Source: Phaeosaccion multiseriatum
Lineage: Eukaryota; Protista; Ochrophyta, other classes
Assembly: GCA_965112735.1 (NCBI GenBank)
Contig: OZ218960.1
Span: 2,294,001 to 2,358,000 of the forward strand
Length of the DNA: 64,000 nucleotides
Reading direction: 5' to 3'
In this document: piece after piece, positions 30,825-43,878 of the stretch
How the letters are laid out: every line of letters starts with the position of its first letter
Position numbering within the stretch: position 1 is the stretch's first letter
Made by a program: the position numbers and the translations under genes
Notes under the pieces: model-generated
The model's database searches: none
Seen by the model: the letters and a program-made list of their open reading frames with translations, nothing else
What the model was told of the DNA's origin: nothing

Positions 30825-33800
30825 CTAGGCCTTGGCCATGGTTCCCTTGGGCTGGACAAGGCTGTCAATCATAGAGTAGAGCAACACTCCCCCGATGCCG
30901 ATGGCGCATCCGAGCAGCTTGATGGGGTCCAGAGACTCGCCCAGCACCAGGGCCACCCCCACAATCACAATGACTCGCTTGGCGGTGTTGGCCACGGACT
31001 GTGTAACGGCAGAGGTCTTCTTGATGGTCATGGTGGCCAGCTCGTTGTAGCTGAATGAGTGTGTGTGGGGAGGGGAGGGTGAAAGATGGGACAGAGGTGG
31101 ATAGAGAAGGAAGGTTGGGGCGACCCCCGAGTAGGAGGTTGAGGAGGAGACGAGAGCGTCGTCAGCAAGAGTCGGGAGTTAACACACAAAAATAATAGAA
31201 CCACAAGAGAGAGAGAGAGAGAGAGAGAAGAAATACGATTGAGACAGACTCCAACAATGCAACAACAACTTACCCGTAGAAGAAGAGTCCAGAGGCGATG
31301 AGGTTACCCATGACAACGGGTGTGTCCTTGAGCACGACGGCAAAGTCCTTGAGGCTCTCTCCGCGGAGGAAGATTAGGGGGATGGAGAAGAGCGTGGCGA
31401 GGAGGTTGGTGATGGCGAACTGGTTGCCCACATTGCCGATTCTGTCCTTGATGCCCTCGGTCTGTGCAGGCCGAACAACGCAGGTAGGTAGCCGGAGTAG
31501 GAGTAGCAGCAGCGCGGTATGCATGGAGCAGCATAAAGCACAAACGAAACGGTCGTTATGGGGAGAAGAGAAGAGAAAGAGACGGTCGTCAGGGCGGGCA
31601 GGGCAACAGACGGGAGAGAGCCTTGGCGAGGGTGGTGGCGGTGGCTGGCAGACATACGACATGGAGCATCGCATTCGCATCGACGATCTTACAGGGCCAT
31701 GTGTCTCCCTTCCTTCGGCCCCTTCCTTCCTTCCTTCCTTCCTTTCCTTCTCTTCCTAACTCCTTACTGTCCCGCCCACCAAAGAGGGAGAGACAGGCCC
31801 AGCCCTACTTGATGTCCTAACCCTTCATCCAACATACACCAAACACACAACGTACTTCCTTGCTCCCCTCCTTCCCTCCTCCTCTTCCTCCTTCCCTCCT
31901 CTTCCTCCCTTCTTTCTCACCTCCATGAGCTTCTTGTTCTCATTCCCCTTGAAGGCAGCGAAGAGGTTGGCGACGCATGCCGCGATAAGCGCGGACCACG
32001 CAAAGTCCAGCTCCTTGACAGACGCCAGGATCACGCCACCAATGACGGGGATGAGGCAGAGCCACTTGGCCTTGGAGATCTTCTTGCGGTATACGGTGGT
32101 GGCCAGCACAGCGGCGAAGGCGGGCTCGGCAGACTTGACGATCTGGTGGGGAGAGTTGGGGGTGGGAGGGGGTTTAAGTTGGGAGGGGGCAGTCGAGTCA
32201 GACAGGAGAGGTGGAGGAGGGATGTCGGTGGGGGGCAGATGGCCACGCCTTCTCAGGGGAGGAGAAGGCGACGCGACAGACGAAGCCGATAGTAGGTAGG
32301 CCCTCAGCTCTCCACTGCCGACGGACGGTACGCCCCCACGCAACTCATTCGCCGCTCCACCTTGACCACACACCGCCTATTGAGACTCCCACTCAGGCAT
32401 CCAATCGAACCCCACTCCGACGCGCCTCTCTCCCACTGTCGGCCGAGCCCCGTCCAGTCCAGTCCAGTCCAGTCTAGCACTGCACAGCCCCGCCCTACAC
32501 CTCGGCCCTATCTAACCTGTCCGAAGGAGACGGCCCCCGCGGAGAGAGCGAATACGGAGGCGGAGTGAGCTCCTGCAGCGCAGATGCCCACGGGAATCAT
32601 TGCCTTCACGTCCGACAGGGTGATCTGAGGAATCGAGGTTATCCATGAGCAGGGTAGAGGTGTATGGGTAAGGCAACACATGCACGCACGGACGGAGAGC
32701 AGCGGAGGGAGAGTCAGCCGCAGAGCGACAGGTCAATGCATAGCAGCACGGCACTGCACTGCACGGCACGGCACTGCACGGCACTCAGCATATGTCAGCG
32801 TAGCATCGCATCTGTGTACCGCCGCGTACCTTGGGCCTCTTACGGGCATCAGGGGCGACCCACAGGAAGAGCGCGTACATGCAACCCACCGCGAGCTATA
32901 TATAATATTAAGTAAGTTGCGCAGCGCAGGAGACGTGGCAGAGGGGAAGGGGGGGGGAAGAGCAGAGGGGGTGAGGGGGGAGGGCAGGTGGTGGTGATGG
33001 TGGTCAGACCTGTTGACTTCCGTCGGGCATGTGCGGAGGGGGGGGGGGGGGAGGGCACAATCGAAGCAAGCGCAGAGAGCACCCCCCGGGAGGCCCCCGG
33101 GAGGGCCGAGAGGGGAGCTGCAGCGCCTTGGCGTAGCTATGCCCCCCGTCGAGGAGCACGGTCCAGCACAGCTCGGCACAAAGCAAAGAAGGCAAAAAAA
33201 ACACAACCCAAACGCCAAGCGTTTGTGCATGTAGGTCGAACTCCCCGCCGCTCACGGGGAGAAAACTCCCACAGCTGAGGCCAACCGAACACAGACCCCT
33301 CAGGCTCCAACTTTGGTATGGTTCACCTCCCTGCCGCGTATGTCTGGCTGTGTTCTCGAGCCGTTGCTTCAATGCACCCCTCCCCTCCCTCTCTCTATCC
33401 TTCGCAGCCCCTCACCTGCAAAGTGGCGATGGCCATGGGGAAGCCCGTGGACCCTCCGGCAGCCTTGAGGGCCACTGTACGTATGCGTGTGGATAAGGGG
33501 ATGATGCGAGTCACAGGTGAGAGGGGGGTGGAGGGGGGGGCAGGGGCAGGACTCCTCCCCTTCTGCCAACGGCTCGATCGAGAGTGGTGGGGCTATTCGA
33601 CAAGGGCCGGCGAGTCTCGCACTCCTGAACATTGTCTAGTGATCAGCATCGTGAATCCCCTTGTAATGCAAGCAACTCCACACAGGTCAAGCTGGCAACG
33701 TGCTGGGACGAGAGATAGCAAGATGCAAACACCGTCAAACGGCAACACTTTCTCTGTCGCCGGAGACATTCCCCGGGATGAGAGAGAATTGCAGCACAGA

Positions 33801-34239
33801 GGAAGGCGAAACCACAAACGATCGGCAAACAACAAGGCCCTCCGTCCTACTCACGCTTGTTGGTGATGTTGTAGTAGTAGTTGCCCAGGTACCAGAAGAA
33901 GAAGTAGGAGAGCAGGGGGATGTCCACGCTGGGCATGCCCCCTCCGCGCGGCATGTTGGCCACAGCCGACAGCTTAGACATGGCTCCAGGGCTCATCGGC
34001 TCCGCGGCGACTGCTGCGGCCTGCTGGGCAGTAGCAACCTCCAATGGCGCAGCTGCCAAAGATCGCTTCTTCAACAGCGCATCTCCAATTTTGCCCCCTG
34101 CCGCCTTGACGGCGTTGCGGCCAAACCCGGCTCCAGGGGCGCGGGAGAGTAGAGGCTGGAGAGGAAACGTATAGGCCTGGGCCTGCTGCTGTGCAAGCAG
34201 GATGCCCGATGCGCACACAAGGATAGCCGCGGTCTTCAT
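30825..34239 (-). CDS. Plastid triose-phosphate/phosphate translocator (TPT family)
   Basis: Motifs YFFFWYLGNYYYNITNK, FPMAIATLQ, AGAVSFGQIVKSAEPAFAA, IPVIGGV.LASVKELDF, ANLFAAFKGNENKK, YNELA...IKKTSAVTQSVANTAKRVIVI. Signal peptide ending AQA-Y. Confidence 0.95.
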
Positions 34240-34549
34240 CTTTTGCAGGAGTCTGGAATGAGGATAAAAAAACAGCCGCAAGAAAAAGGTGAGCTGTGCA
34301 ACTTAGCGCAAGCAAAGCAGGCCTACAAGCAATCGGAACGACCCAACTGCCAGCCTCTGAGGCCTTGCCCTTCACGCACCTTCTCTACCTACTGTAAAAG
34401 AGGATTGATAGATTCGAAAATTGAAGGCAAGGAGGAAAGGGAAACTCAAATTGGTGGAACGTCTCCACGATACAACTGTATCTCTCCACCTTTCTTCCTC
34501 TCCCTTCTTCTCTTCTCTCTCTGTCTCTCTCTTTCTCTTTCCAAAGACC

Positions 34550-35453
34550 ATGGCTGACACAGGTATGTGGTGAAGGTGGGAACCTTGCTACCCCTTCGCA
34601 GAGGCAATTGCCACTGAACAGGTGGTGTCCTTACTGGAAAGGCAGGACGAAATAACTTTGCCTCTTTCCCATACCCATACAAGTAGGTCTTGTGGAATAT
34701 CCCATATATGCAGTTATGTGCATCGACGACAACACTGTAGGAACGGCCGAGGGCACGCCCCGCGGTGGGTCCGTTAAGAGGATGGAGAACTACCCCGAGC
34801 ACAAGGTAGAGAGATAGGAAAGAGGATGTCGATCTCTGCTTCTTTGCTGTGCGTGTCTGATGGAAGCCTCGATATGTAAAACGCAGGAGTACCAGGCGGC
34901 CACGAGCGACCCTCTGGAGGGCGGCTTCATCAAGAAGCTCTCGGCCGGGCCGGTCACTAACGACGACGACACGTGAGTGGGCGTGGCTAGGGAGACAAGT
35001 CGCTCCCCCGGTCAATATCTTCCCATCCCCCCTCTTCTCTAGCTGACCCTCGCACCCTCTCTCTCTTTGTCCGCCTCCCTTCTACTGCGTGCCACGTCTC
35101 TCTTCTCCTCCGGCCCCAGGATGATGGTCGGCAGCTGCTTTCTTCTCCAGTGCAACAGAGAGCAGGCAGAAGCCTTTGTGCAGAACGACCCGTTCTACAA
35201 GGTAACCACACATCCGTTTGCTTGCCCAACCCTCTTGGCGAGTGCTCCCTCGGCCCCGTGTGTGCCTCTCTTCTCACGTGTCGCCTGCCCACCCTCTCTT
35301 CTCACCGCTGGTTGCCTGTCCGCCCTCCCCTCCTCCTCCCCCCGTCCGGTCTCGTTTCGAGGATAGAAAGGCGTATGGAGCCAAACACACATCCATCGGT
35401 ACTCTCCTGTCTTCGGCATCCGAGAGTATGTCAAGCCTGTGCCTGTGGCATGA
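34550..35453 (+). CDS. YCII-related (YciI) protein
   Basis: Spliced product ...YAVMCIDD...KRMENYPEHKEYQ...KLSAGPVTNDDDTMMVGSCFLLQCNREQAEAFVQNDPFYKKGVW...* has the YciI R....H, AGP, GS and DPF..GVW pattern. The 5' micro-exons are uncertain. Confidence 0.8.
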
Positions 35454-35469
35454 CCAGCGGAGCCTGCCG

Positions 35470-35508
<39 letters not shown>

Positions 35509-35579
35509 GCAGGAGCGTTAAGAGGGCAAGCAAGCTCTAGCCGCCGTTCGTACTGCCCTCAGAAAAGCCCAGTGGTGTG

Positions 35580-35610
<31 letters not shown>

Positions 35611-36157
35611 CCTGCGTCCCTGCTCATGCACGCTGCCCTGCCGCATCGGTGGCTGAGCGAGTCCTGTGCTGAGTGTTTGTATGGTCGATGGCCGTCTCCA
35701 CGTGCCTGCTCCGGAGGGGGCCCTCACTCTGCCCAGCGTAGACGTCCAGCGTTGAGCGCCGACACCCCTCCACGCGACGGCGGCCTCGAAGCCTCGAAGC
35801 GCGGCCCTCCCCTCCCCCCCCCCCCGGTGACGTTAGAGCTTGCTCTAGTTTCACTCTGTAAGTAAGCTTCTTTGGCCTTAGTTATGAGCGTGGGCATACG
35901 CCGCGAGCGGTAGTTTCCGGTGTTTGTGTTCTTCTAAAGGCCTGTCTGTCTGTGCAAGAGCCATGAGCGTCTGTCTACCGTCAGTCGTCGACGTTTTCAA
36001 GCTTTTCAAGCCATCTCTTGACTCTTTTGGAGAAGCGGAAAGGACAGCCAATGAGGGACGGACACGGTATCTTTACATGTGTATTCCCACTCAAGAGCGG
36101 AAGAGCTGTCTTTTTAATTTACCAAGCCTTGCTACTACTCCCCTGGCTACTTCCCTC

Positions 36158-36295
36158 TCAACACACCATCACCCGTGTCATGGCGCTCTTTTTCCAGAAA
36201 GACACCCCCCTCGATAGCTGAGAGGGCTGGTGCTGGTGCTGGTGCTGGTGCTGGTGCTGGTGCTGGTGCTGCTGTTGTATCACTACCTCCTCCTC

Positions 36296-36326
<31 letters not shown>

Positions 36327-38084
36327 CGCTGCTGTTGTATCACCAACTGCTGTGACAGTTCGCCCGGACTCGCCAGTTCACCGGACTGGCCTCTGTTGCG
36401 CCGCAGGCACATGACGGGGCCACGCCGCCGGAGAGAAGGGGAGGCGCGGCGGCGAGGGGGGGGAGGGCGCCTCCAACCCGCTGCTTGGTGCTGCGGGTGT
36501 GACCGGCCTTTGGGGGATTGCGAGCGGACCTGGCCCCTGCCTCCCGACAGAGGCCCGTCCTGTCTCTGCTGCTGAGCCTCAGGCGAGAAGACCCGACTGT
36601 GCTGTATCACCAACTGCTGCTGGTCGGGCCGGTGCTGCGAGGTCGAACTGTGTGTGTGGGGGTGGGTCACTCCTTGGCCTCCCCCTGCCCACCCCTGTTG
36701 CTGCTGCTGTATCACCAACTGCTGCTGCTCCCGCGGCCCCTCGCGCTGCATCTCTACTCCCAAAGGCCGTGCGCAAGCCAGGGACTTGTCCTCGCTCTCG
36801 CCCTCGCTCTCACCCTCAGCAGCGTTCACATGCTCCTGCTCCTCCGCCTCCTGCTCCTCTTCCTCCTGCTCCTCCTCTTCCTTCTGCTCCTCCTCCTGCT
36901 GAGCCTCCTCCTGTTCCTCGTCCTCCTGCTGCTCGTCCTCCGGACCCTCTTCCGGCTGCTGCGGCTCCTTGCCCCCCGCCCCGGCCTCCTTCTTGCTGTA
37001 GTACTCCTCCGGGTCGGCAAGGGTGTAGCCCACCGGAAAGGCCAGCAAGCGCTTTCTCAGTAGCTCCTTCTCCGCTTCGCTGGGGAGAAACTCGTCCGCA
37101 CACCGCACATTGTTGAGGCAGGTTTTGGGCCTACGGTACACCAGGTCACCGAGAGGCACCGGTCTCCCCCCCAGTACCATCTTGGAGTCAAGCAGGCCCG
37201 CCGAGCTGTCCAGCACACGCTTCGCTTGCAGCACGGCCTCCTCGCCTCCCACGAAACGAGCCTCATGGGTGAGGAAGTAGGGGGACAGGCGGTGCCTTCG
37301 GACGGCTCCTTCTCCGGGGGTGGGGGGGCTCTGCAGAGGAGCGAGAGGGGTTCCACGATAGTCGGCAGTGGTCCGAGGGCGCCGGCCCACCAGATTGCTC
37401 CATGTTGTTGTAGCTGCGGTTGGCGGGCATGGAACAACGAGCAAGTTGAGGGCACGGCAAAGAGAGAGTCAGAGAGGAGTATCGAAGGGAGGGCTGCGGG
37501 CTTTGTTGATGAGCGAGCCACTAACCTTCTCTGTCGACTTTGAGGAGAGATTTTGAGGCGGCCACTCTGTCATCCGCAGCCGTGGCGGGTGCAAAGGCAG
37601 CAGAGCTCGTTCCCTGCCGTGAAGAGAGACCCTCTTCAGGCCACTGCTTCACACGATACAGACCCGGACCTCCCATCGCCGCCGCGTCCTCGACCTTCTT
37701 TTTCCACTTGGCATGGGGCGCATAGTCGCACTCCAGCTCATGCGTCTTCTCTGCGAACTGCCAGGTGGTCTTTTCTACAGCTCCCTCATCCCCTGGGGGG
37801 CTCTCCAACTCAACTCCTGAACGCACGCATGGCGAAGTATTTGGTCGAGCGGGGTACTGCCGAACATCTCCTCTATGAATGACCCCATGTATAGGTGCCC
37901 CCCTCCGTCGCCGCTTCGTTCTCCTCCTCTGCCTGGCCAGCAGCTGCTGCTGCTCGCGCTGGTCCCTTATCGCGCCAAAGCCCGCTGCGTCGTCCGTGCA
38001 GGCCGCTGCAAACTGCGTAAGGATATCGCTGCACGAGACTTTCAAGACTCCCTCCTCGAACGAAGCCGACCTCTCCATCTCCAT
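36158..38084 (-). CDS. Hypothetical protein (low-complexity E/Q-rich C-terminal half)
   Basis: Two long open exons (38084-~37525 and ~37444-36158) with protein-like composition, divergent from the transporter gene. No recognisable domain. A further 3' exon near 36110-35980 is possible. Confidence 0.55.
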
Positions 38085-38255
38085 CTCTGGCGTGGGTATA
38101 TGTTTTTTTTTTTCTCTTTTTTTTTGAAGCCCCCACGATGCTCCGAAAGGTAACGTCATTCGGGTGCCATCCAGTCTAATAGTAATGGGGGGGTGTGATG
38201 TTGACATTTGGCGACAAGCCTTCCCACAAAAAAAGACCCCTCACTTCATTGCAAA

Positions 38256-39713
38256 ATGGGGTTTAAAGTGGAGAAAAGACTAGTCATTGACGTGCTTGGG
38301 GTTTACGCTTGCTTCCTGCATTGGGGCTATCTCCAAGGTACGGAATTCCAAGGTACGGAGGGGGGGAAGTTGGTCCCCCTCATAAACCGAGATCTGTTCG
38401 TTCGTCGTCCCGCTCAGAGCTCATAACGTCAACAAGCTTCGACGGCTCTGCGGCGGGAAAGTGGACCTTCAGTATAGTTCTTAATCTTTGCATGGCCTTT
38501 GCCGGGATGAGTGTAGCGGCAGCGGCGCTCGGCATCAAGGCCTGGAGGAGTGACAAGGGCACCAAGGTGGGAGCAGCATTGCACTGACCTCCAACAGCAG
38601 TTACTGCCCTCCTCCCCCCGATTCACCCGACCCCGACCTTCTCTGCGACCCCACTTTATCCACAAACGACATCCCCTTCCCCCGACTCACCCGATTCCTT
38701 CCAGAGCGGCAGCGGCCTGTGCCCGCCCGTTACCTCATATATTCGGCCGGCCATCTTCTTCACACTCGCCTCGCCGTTCGGGTACTTGAGCCTGCGCTAT
38801 CTGAGCTACCCCACATTCGTTATGGTGAGTCCGTTGTTTTTCTCTCTTCCCTCTTTTCTTCTTGCTGTCCTTGAGATGCTCTCCGCTCTACTCACACCAC
38901 ATCCCCCCCCCCCTTCTCCCTCCCTCACTACAACCAAAAGGTCAAGAGTTGCAAGCTCATCCCAGTGATGATTGTATCTCGTCTCTCGGGCAGCAAGAGC
39001 TACAGCAGCAAGGAGTATAAGGCCGCCTTGCTCATAACGCTCGGAGTTGGACTCTACAGTATTCCCCAGAGGGGGCGGGGCAAGGCGGCGAGCACAGAGC
39101 AGGAGCAGGACATGTGGCTGAAGCTCTTTGGGGTTGCGCTCATCTTCGTCAACATGGTGCTGGACGGACTTACCGTGTCGGCTCAGGACAAGATCAACTA
39201 CAAGTGAGGAAGGGGGGAAGGGAGGGGGGCAGGACAGGAGCGCGGTGAGAGCGGCTAAGAGGATAGGACCTCTCTGCCCCTTAACCGCTGCGCTATTGGT
39301 GCTTTCCCTTCCTTCTCCGTGCTCCTGTCCCGTCCTGCCCGTTCCCTCCCTGCAGATACGAGTCGTCGAGTCCCTTCCGCATGCAGTGGGGAGTGAACCT
39401 GTGGTGCGTGGTGTTTATGGTCGTCCACTTGCTGGGCGGCTACTTGCTTCTGGAAAACTCGGAGCTGGGATCCGCGCTGGCGTTTTGCACCAAGTTCCCC
39501 GAGGTATGTTTGTGGTTGTTCGCAAGGCGAGGCGTGCGAGTCCGACGGGCGGACTGTCGTGCTGACTTACTTGCCTGTGTGCCCCCCCCTCCATTCCCCC
39601 TTACAAAGGTCATTCCACTCCTCCTCCGCTTCGGCGCGGCTGCTGCAATTGGCCAGCTTTTTGTTTATGACATCATCAGGTTTGTGGTGGACATCATGCT
39701 TCTCTCCCTCTCC

Positions 39714-39774
<61 letters not shown>

Positions 39775-40451
39775 TCTCCCCCTCTCTCTCTCACCCTCTC
39801 TCTCCCTCTCCGCCTCTCTCTCTCTCTCCCTCTCTCTCTCCCCCCCCCCCCCCCCACTCTCTCCCTCTCCCTCTGTCCCTCTCTCTCTCCCTCTCTCTCT
39901 CTCCCCCCCCCTCTCTCTCTCCCTCTCACCCTCTCTCTCCCTCCCTCTCCCTCTCCCCCCCCCCCTCTCTGCCCCCCCTCGTCCTTGGCCCGACCAAACC
40001 CCCCATGCTGTCGGTCACTTCTGTGGCCCCTGTCTCCCCCCCCCCCCCTCGTGGACGGAACCGCACACCCTGTACAGCGTGTACGGAGGCCTGACCAACA
40101 CAGCCGTGGCCATGTCCAGGAAGACCTTTACTGTGCTACTCAGCATCCTCCTCTTCAAGCACAGTGTCACCAGCATCCAGTTGTGCGGCATTGGCCTCTG
40201 CTTCTCGGTGAATGCGGGGAGGACGGGGAGGGGAGTGGAGGAAGGGTGTGAGGATGCGCCTGCCTTGCACCGCCCCCTGACCCTTGACCTGCCACCCTTT
40301 CTCGTTCGTTAACTTCTTCTTGTTGGTTGTTGTTGTTGTTGTTGTTGTTGTTGTCCCCCTTTTGCTGGAATCGCAGGGCATGGCTTATCACCAGCACAGC
40401 GTAGCAGACAAGAGACAAAAACAGGCCAAACTGCTCGAGAAGGAAGCGTGA
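38256..40451 (+). CDS. UAA-family nucleotide-sugar transporter (SLC35B1/HUT1-like UDP-galactose transporter)
   Basis: Motifs GVYACFLHWGYLQE, FGYLSLRYLSYPTFVMVKSCKLIPVM, EY..ALLITLGV.LY, LDGLT...QD, MQWGVNLW, AIGQLFVY, YGGLT......RK.FTVLLSILLF.H. Confidence 0.9.
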
Positions 40452-40731
40452 TCGTCAGTGGAGTAACAGTCGTTTCTAGCAAGTGCTTGGTGCTTGTAGG
40501 CCATTTGCTTCTGAGGGCCGCCAATGGGGGGGGGGCTGGGGGGAAGCGGAGAGGAGGGCGGCTACGAAGGAAGACTAGGCAGGGTTTCTGCCGCCGTAGA
40601 GGCCCGCACTGTCCTGTACTGTCCTGCACTGTCCTGTACTGTCCTGCACTGTCGGCTTTGCCTGGCCGGTCAACATGATGCACATCTCGCACGAGATGAT
40701 CCAGTCGAGATTGGTTTCGACAGAGAGAGGC

Positions 40732-40779
<48 letters not shown>

Positions 40780-41135
40780 GCCAGCAGCTAGAGCGTGCCC
40801 CACTGCGGGAGCCGCCCAAAGCCGTGTCAGCTCTGGTCACTCTTCTGAGGCAGTAGCCATAGCAACCCATTCTCAGCCCCCTTGTATGGATAGCTCAGTT
40901 CCAACCCAGCCACCTTAGGAGGGGTTGCATCATTAAAGAACAATCGGCATCAACCCAGCCACCTTACAACTGTAGGAGGGGTTGCATCGCTAAAGAACAA
41001 AGTATGCTTGTTGATGTTTTTGATTAGTGCTGGCGGTTACGCAGAAAGAATGCGAGAGGCACCAGGAGCACAGGTTCGGCTGCGGCTCTACGGACTTGGA
41101 AGGGATGGATAGATGGCACTGCATGGCCCTCTCCT

Positions 41136-42420
41136 CTAGTAGTCTCCTCCCTCCTCGCCTCCGAACATGTCCATGCCTCCTCCCATGTCGACCTCTGAGA
41201 GAGCGTAGGGCACATAGAAGAGGGAGGGCAGAGGGCAGAGGGCAGATAGAACAGACACGGACGAAAGAGCGACGGTATGGAACGAAATGGGGGACAAGCG
41301 TGAGCTGAGCTATGCCAGGTGCGAACACGGACGGTGAGCGCAGAGGCGAAGAGGGGCGGAAGGAGAGAGAGAGAGAGAGAGGAGTGCTGCGGCAAATGCA
41401 ACTGCTAGACTGGACTGGTCCTCGGGCTGAGGACAGCGACTCGAAGCCCTGCTGCTTGTGTGCTCAGGCAGGCTAGCCGTGGAACGAGCGAGCGAGCGGC
41501 AGTGTAGCTGATGGAAAGATACACCTCTGCCCGTGCCAGTCCCTCAAGTCAGTCAGTCAGTCAGTCCGTCAAAGTCCGTGGACAAGCCTCCAGCCATTCA
41601 GCCAGTCAAGTCAGCCAGTCAGTCCGATAAGCCTTGAGTGTGTCCCTCGTACCTTCCTCCTCCTCCTTCTTCTCCTCCTCCACAGGGGCCGCCTCTCCAT
41701 CTCCTCCGCCCCCTCCCCCGCCTCCTCCACCTCCACCTCCTCCACCGAACTTGGCGAGCTTTTCGGTTCCGGCAGCAATGACCTCATCGAGGCTCTGTGG
41801 AGGGGACGAACAGAGGGAAATGGGGAAATGGGTGCATAAGAGTGGGTAAGTATCAAGGCGGTAATTCGTTGGGCAGTGATGAACTACACAGAAGATGGGC
41901 ATACATGGAAGGGAGGGGGGGATGCGGACAGAGACGCGTGCCCCCAAGAGATCCCTACAGAGGAGAGAGAGCACCGCCTGCGCTCTTCGTTTCGCCATCC
42001 CCACTGCGCCAACTGACTCACCTTGCCGTCCATGTCCTTGAGCAGGGTGGTAAGCCTCTCCTCGTCGACCTGGGAGAGAGTCGAAGGCACGATACAGCAA
42101 GGACCCAGCGCTCAAGCACATCAGTGTAAGCGTGAATGTTTGTGATACTCCGCAACAACATTTCTGCCTCCCACAACAGTCCCTGCCCAATCTTCGCCTC
42201 CCTCTAGGGAGAGCCTCTTCAACGACGCTACCGAGCCCCCATGAAGCGGGAAGGTCGCCACCCCACCCTCAGCCCTCGACTCTGCGAACGTCCATGGACT
42301 GGACGCTCAGCCTTCCCTTACCTCAATGCCTACCGCCTCGAGGGCCTTGGTGACGTCCTCCTTGGAAGGGGCGGCATTGCCGCCAAGCACCAACATCATG
42401 TACACAGCCAGGTGACGCAT
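41136..42420 (-). CDS. RPLP2: 60S acidic ribosomal protein P2 (4 coding exons, plus a likely 5'UTR intron ending at the ATG)
   Basis: MRHLAVYMMLVLGGNAAPSKEDVTKALEAVGIEVDEERL..LLKDMDGKSLDEVIAAGTEKLA-Gly linker-EEEKKEEEEEVDMGGGMDMFGG..DY*. Confidence 0.96.
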
Positions 42421-42815
42421 CTGTGGGCCACAAGGGAGGAGGAAGAAAAGGATAGACGGGGTCAGAGGGTCGACAGCGCCCATCGACCAACCAAGACAAC
42501 ACACAAACGAGCGCGAGAAGAGGGTGAAAAGAGTGCTGGCCTTGCCCATGTACTTCCCACAGCGCCTTCTCCTCCCTGGCACTCTCCTCATCCCAAACGC
42601 CTGCCATGCACCGCCCCTCACCTTGAATCAATTAAGGACTTTGTCCTGAAACAAGAGCAGTGAGCCCCAATAGCCACAGCTTGAGAAACCCACCCCCCTG
42701 GGGAGAATCACAGATGGACCACCAACTCACTAAGCCGCCGCCGATGAAAACAATCAATCGTCCCACCCAAGAAGCGCTCATGGAGGAATAACCATAAGAA
42801 GGCCTCTCATGGGCA

Positions 42816-42936
42816 ATGAATAATCCACTCAAGAGGCCGATTCCCTCCTCGTCCCGGGAGGGGGCGGAGGAGGAGAGCGGGGCGGAGACGGGGGAGGCGG
42901 CGCACCCCAAGAGGGCAAGGGATGTGCCCGTCGACG

Positions 42937-42975
<39 letters not shown>

Positions 42976-43225
42976 CGGAAGGGCAGTCGGATCAGCAACA
43001 TGAAGGTCAGGCGAAGTACCAATCACTGCCACAGCAGCAGGCCTCCGCAGAGCAGCATCTATACCACCAGCATCAGGGTCAGCATCAGCAGCAGCACCAG
43101 CAGCAGCAACCTTACGCGGCACCACAAGCGCCTTCGTACGGAAGGCAAGGCTACAGTGCTCAATACGGAGTTTCTTATTATGGATATGCCGCTCCACCCC
43201 CCGACCAAGGGCAGCCCTACCCACC

Positions 43226-43257
<32 letters not shown>

Positions 43258-43466
43258 CGGGCATGTACGAGACACATGCCCAGCCGTTCGGTCACCCCCA
43301 GCAGTACTTTACGGGTCCAGGATACGTGACGCGGCAACTGCCTCTACCGCAGCAGGAGGGGCCGCAGCTACCTCACTCGGCTCAGCAGCAGCAGCAGTTG
43401 GTGGTACAGCACCAGTTCCTGCCCCTGCCTGCGCCGTCTGTACAGGGGACCACCTCCGCGGCGGTA

Positions 43467-43498
<32 letters not shown>

Positions 43499-43558
43499 AT
43501 GGGAAGGAGGGAACGGGTACCCTCACGGCCATCCCTCCCACAGCCCCTACTCAGACGT

Positions 43559-43590
<32 letters not shown>

Positions 43591-43843
43591 CGCCGCCCCC
43601 ACAGGCTCTGCGACCCCAGTTTTACCCACCGCAGCAGCAGCAGCCGCAGCAGCTTTCTTCACAGCAGTACATGCCTTCGCGCCCTCCCCAGCAGCCTTTG
43701 CATTACCCGCAAGAGCAGCAGTATCCCTACCACCCTTCCCCTCATCATCATCATCATCCTCATCAACAGCACCAGCAGCAGCAGCCGCGGTACCTTCCCC
43801 ACGGTGCGAACCGCTCGTCCCAGGCTAGCCCTATACCCTCCAT

Positions 43844-43878
<35 letters not shown>

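Noticed and set aside
33200-33330. Hairpins in a TPT intron (CTGAGG/CCTCAG, CTCCCCG/CGGGGAG) as riboswitch or snoRNA
   Set aside because: No TPP core or clear box motifs; short stems are expected at this GC content.
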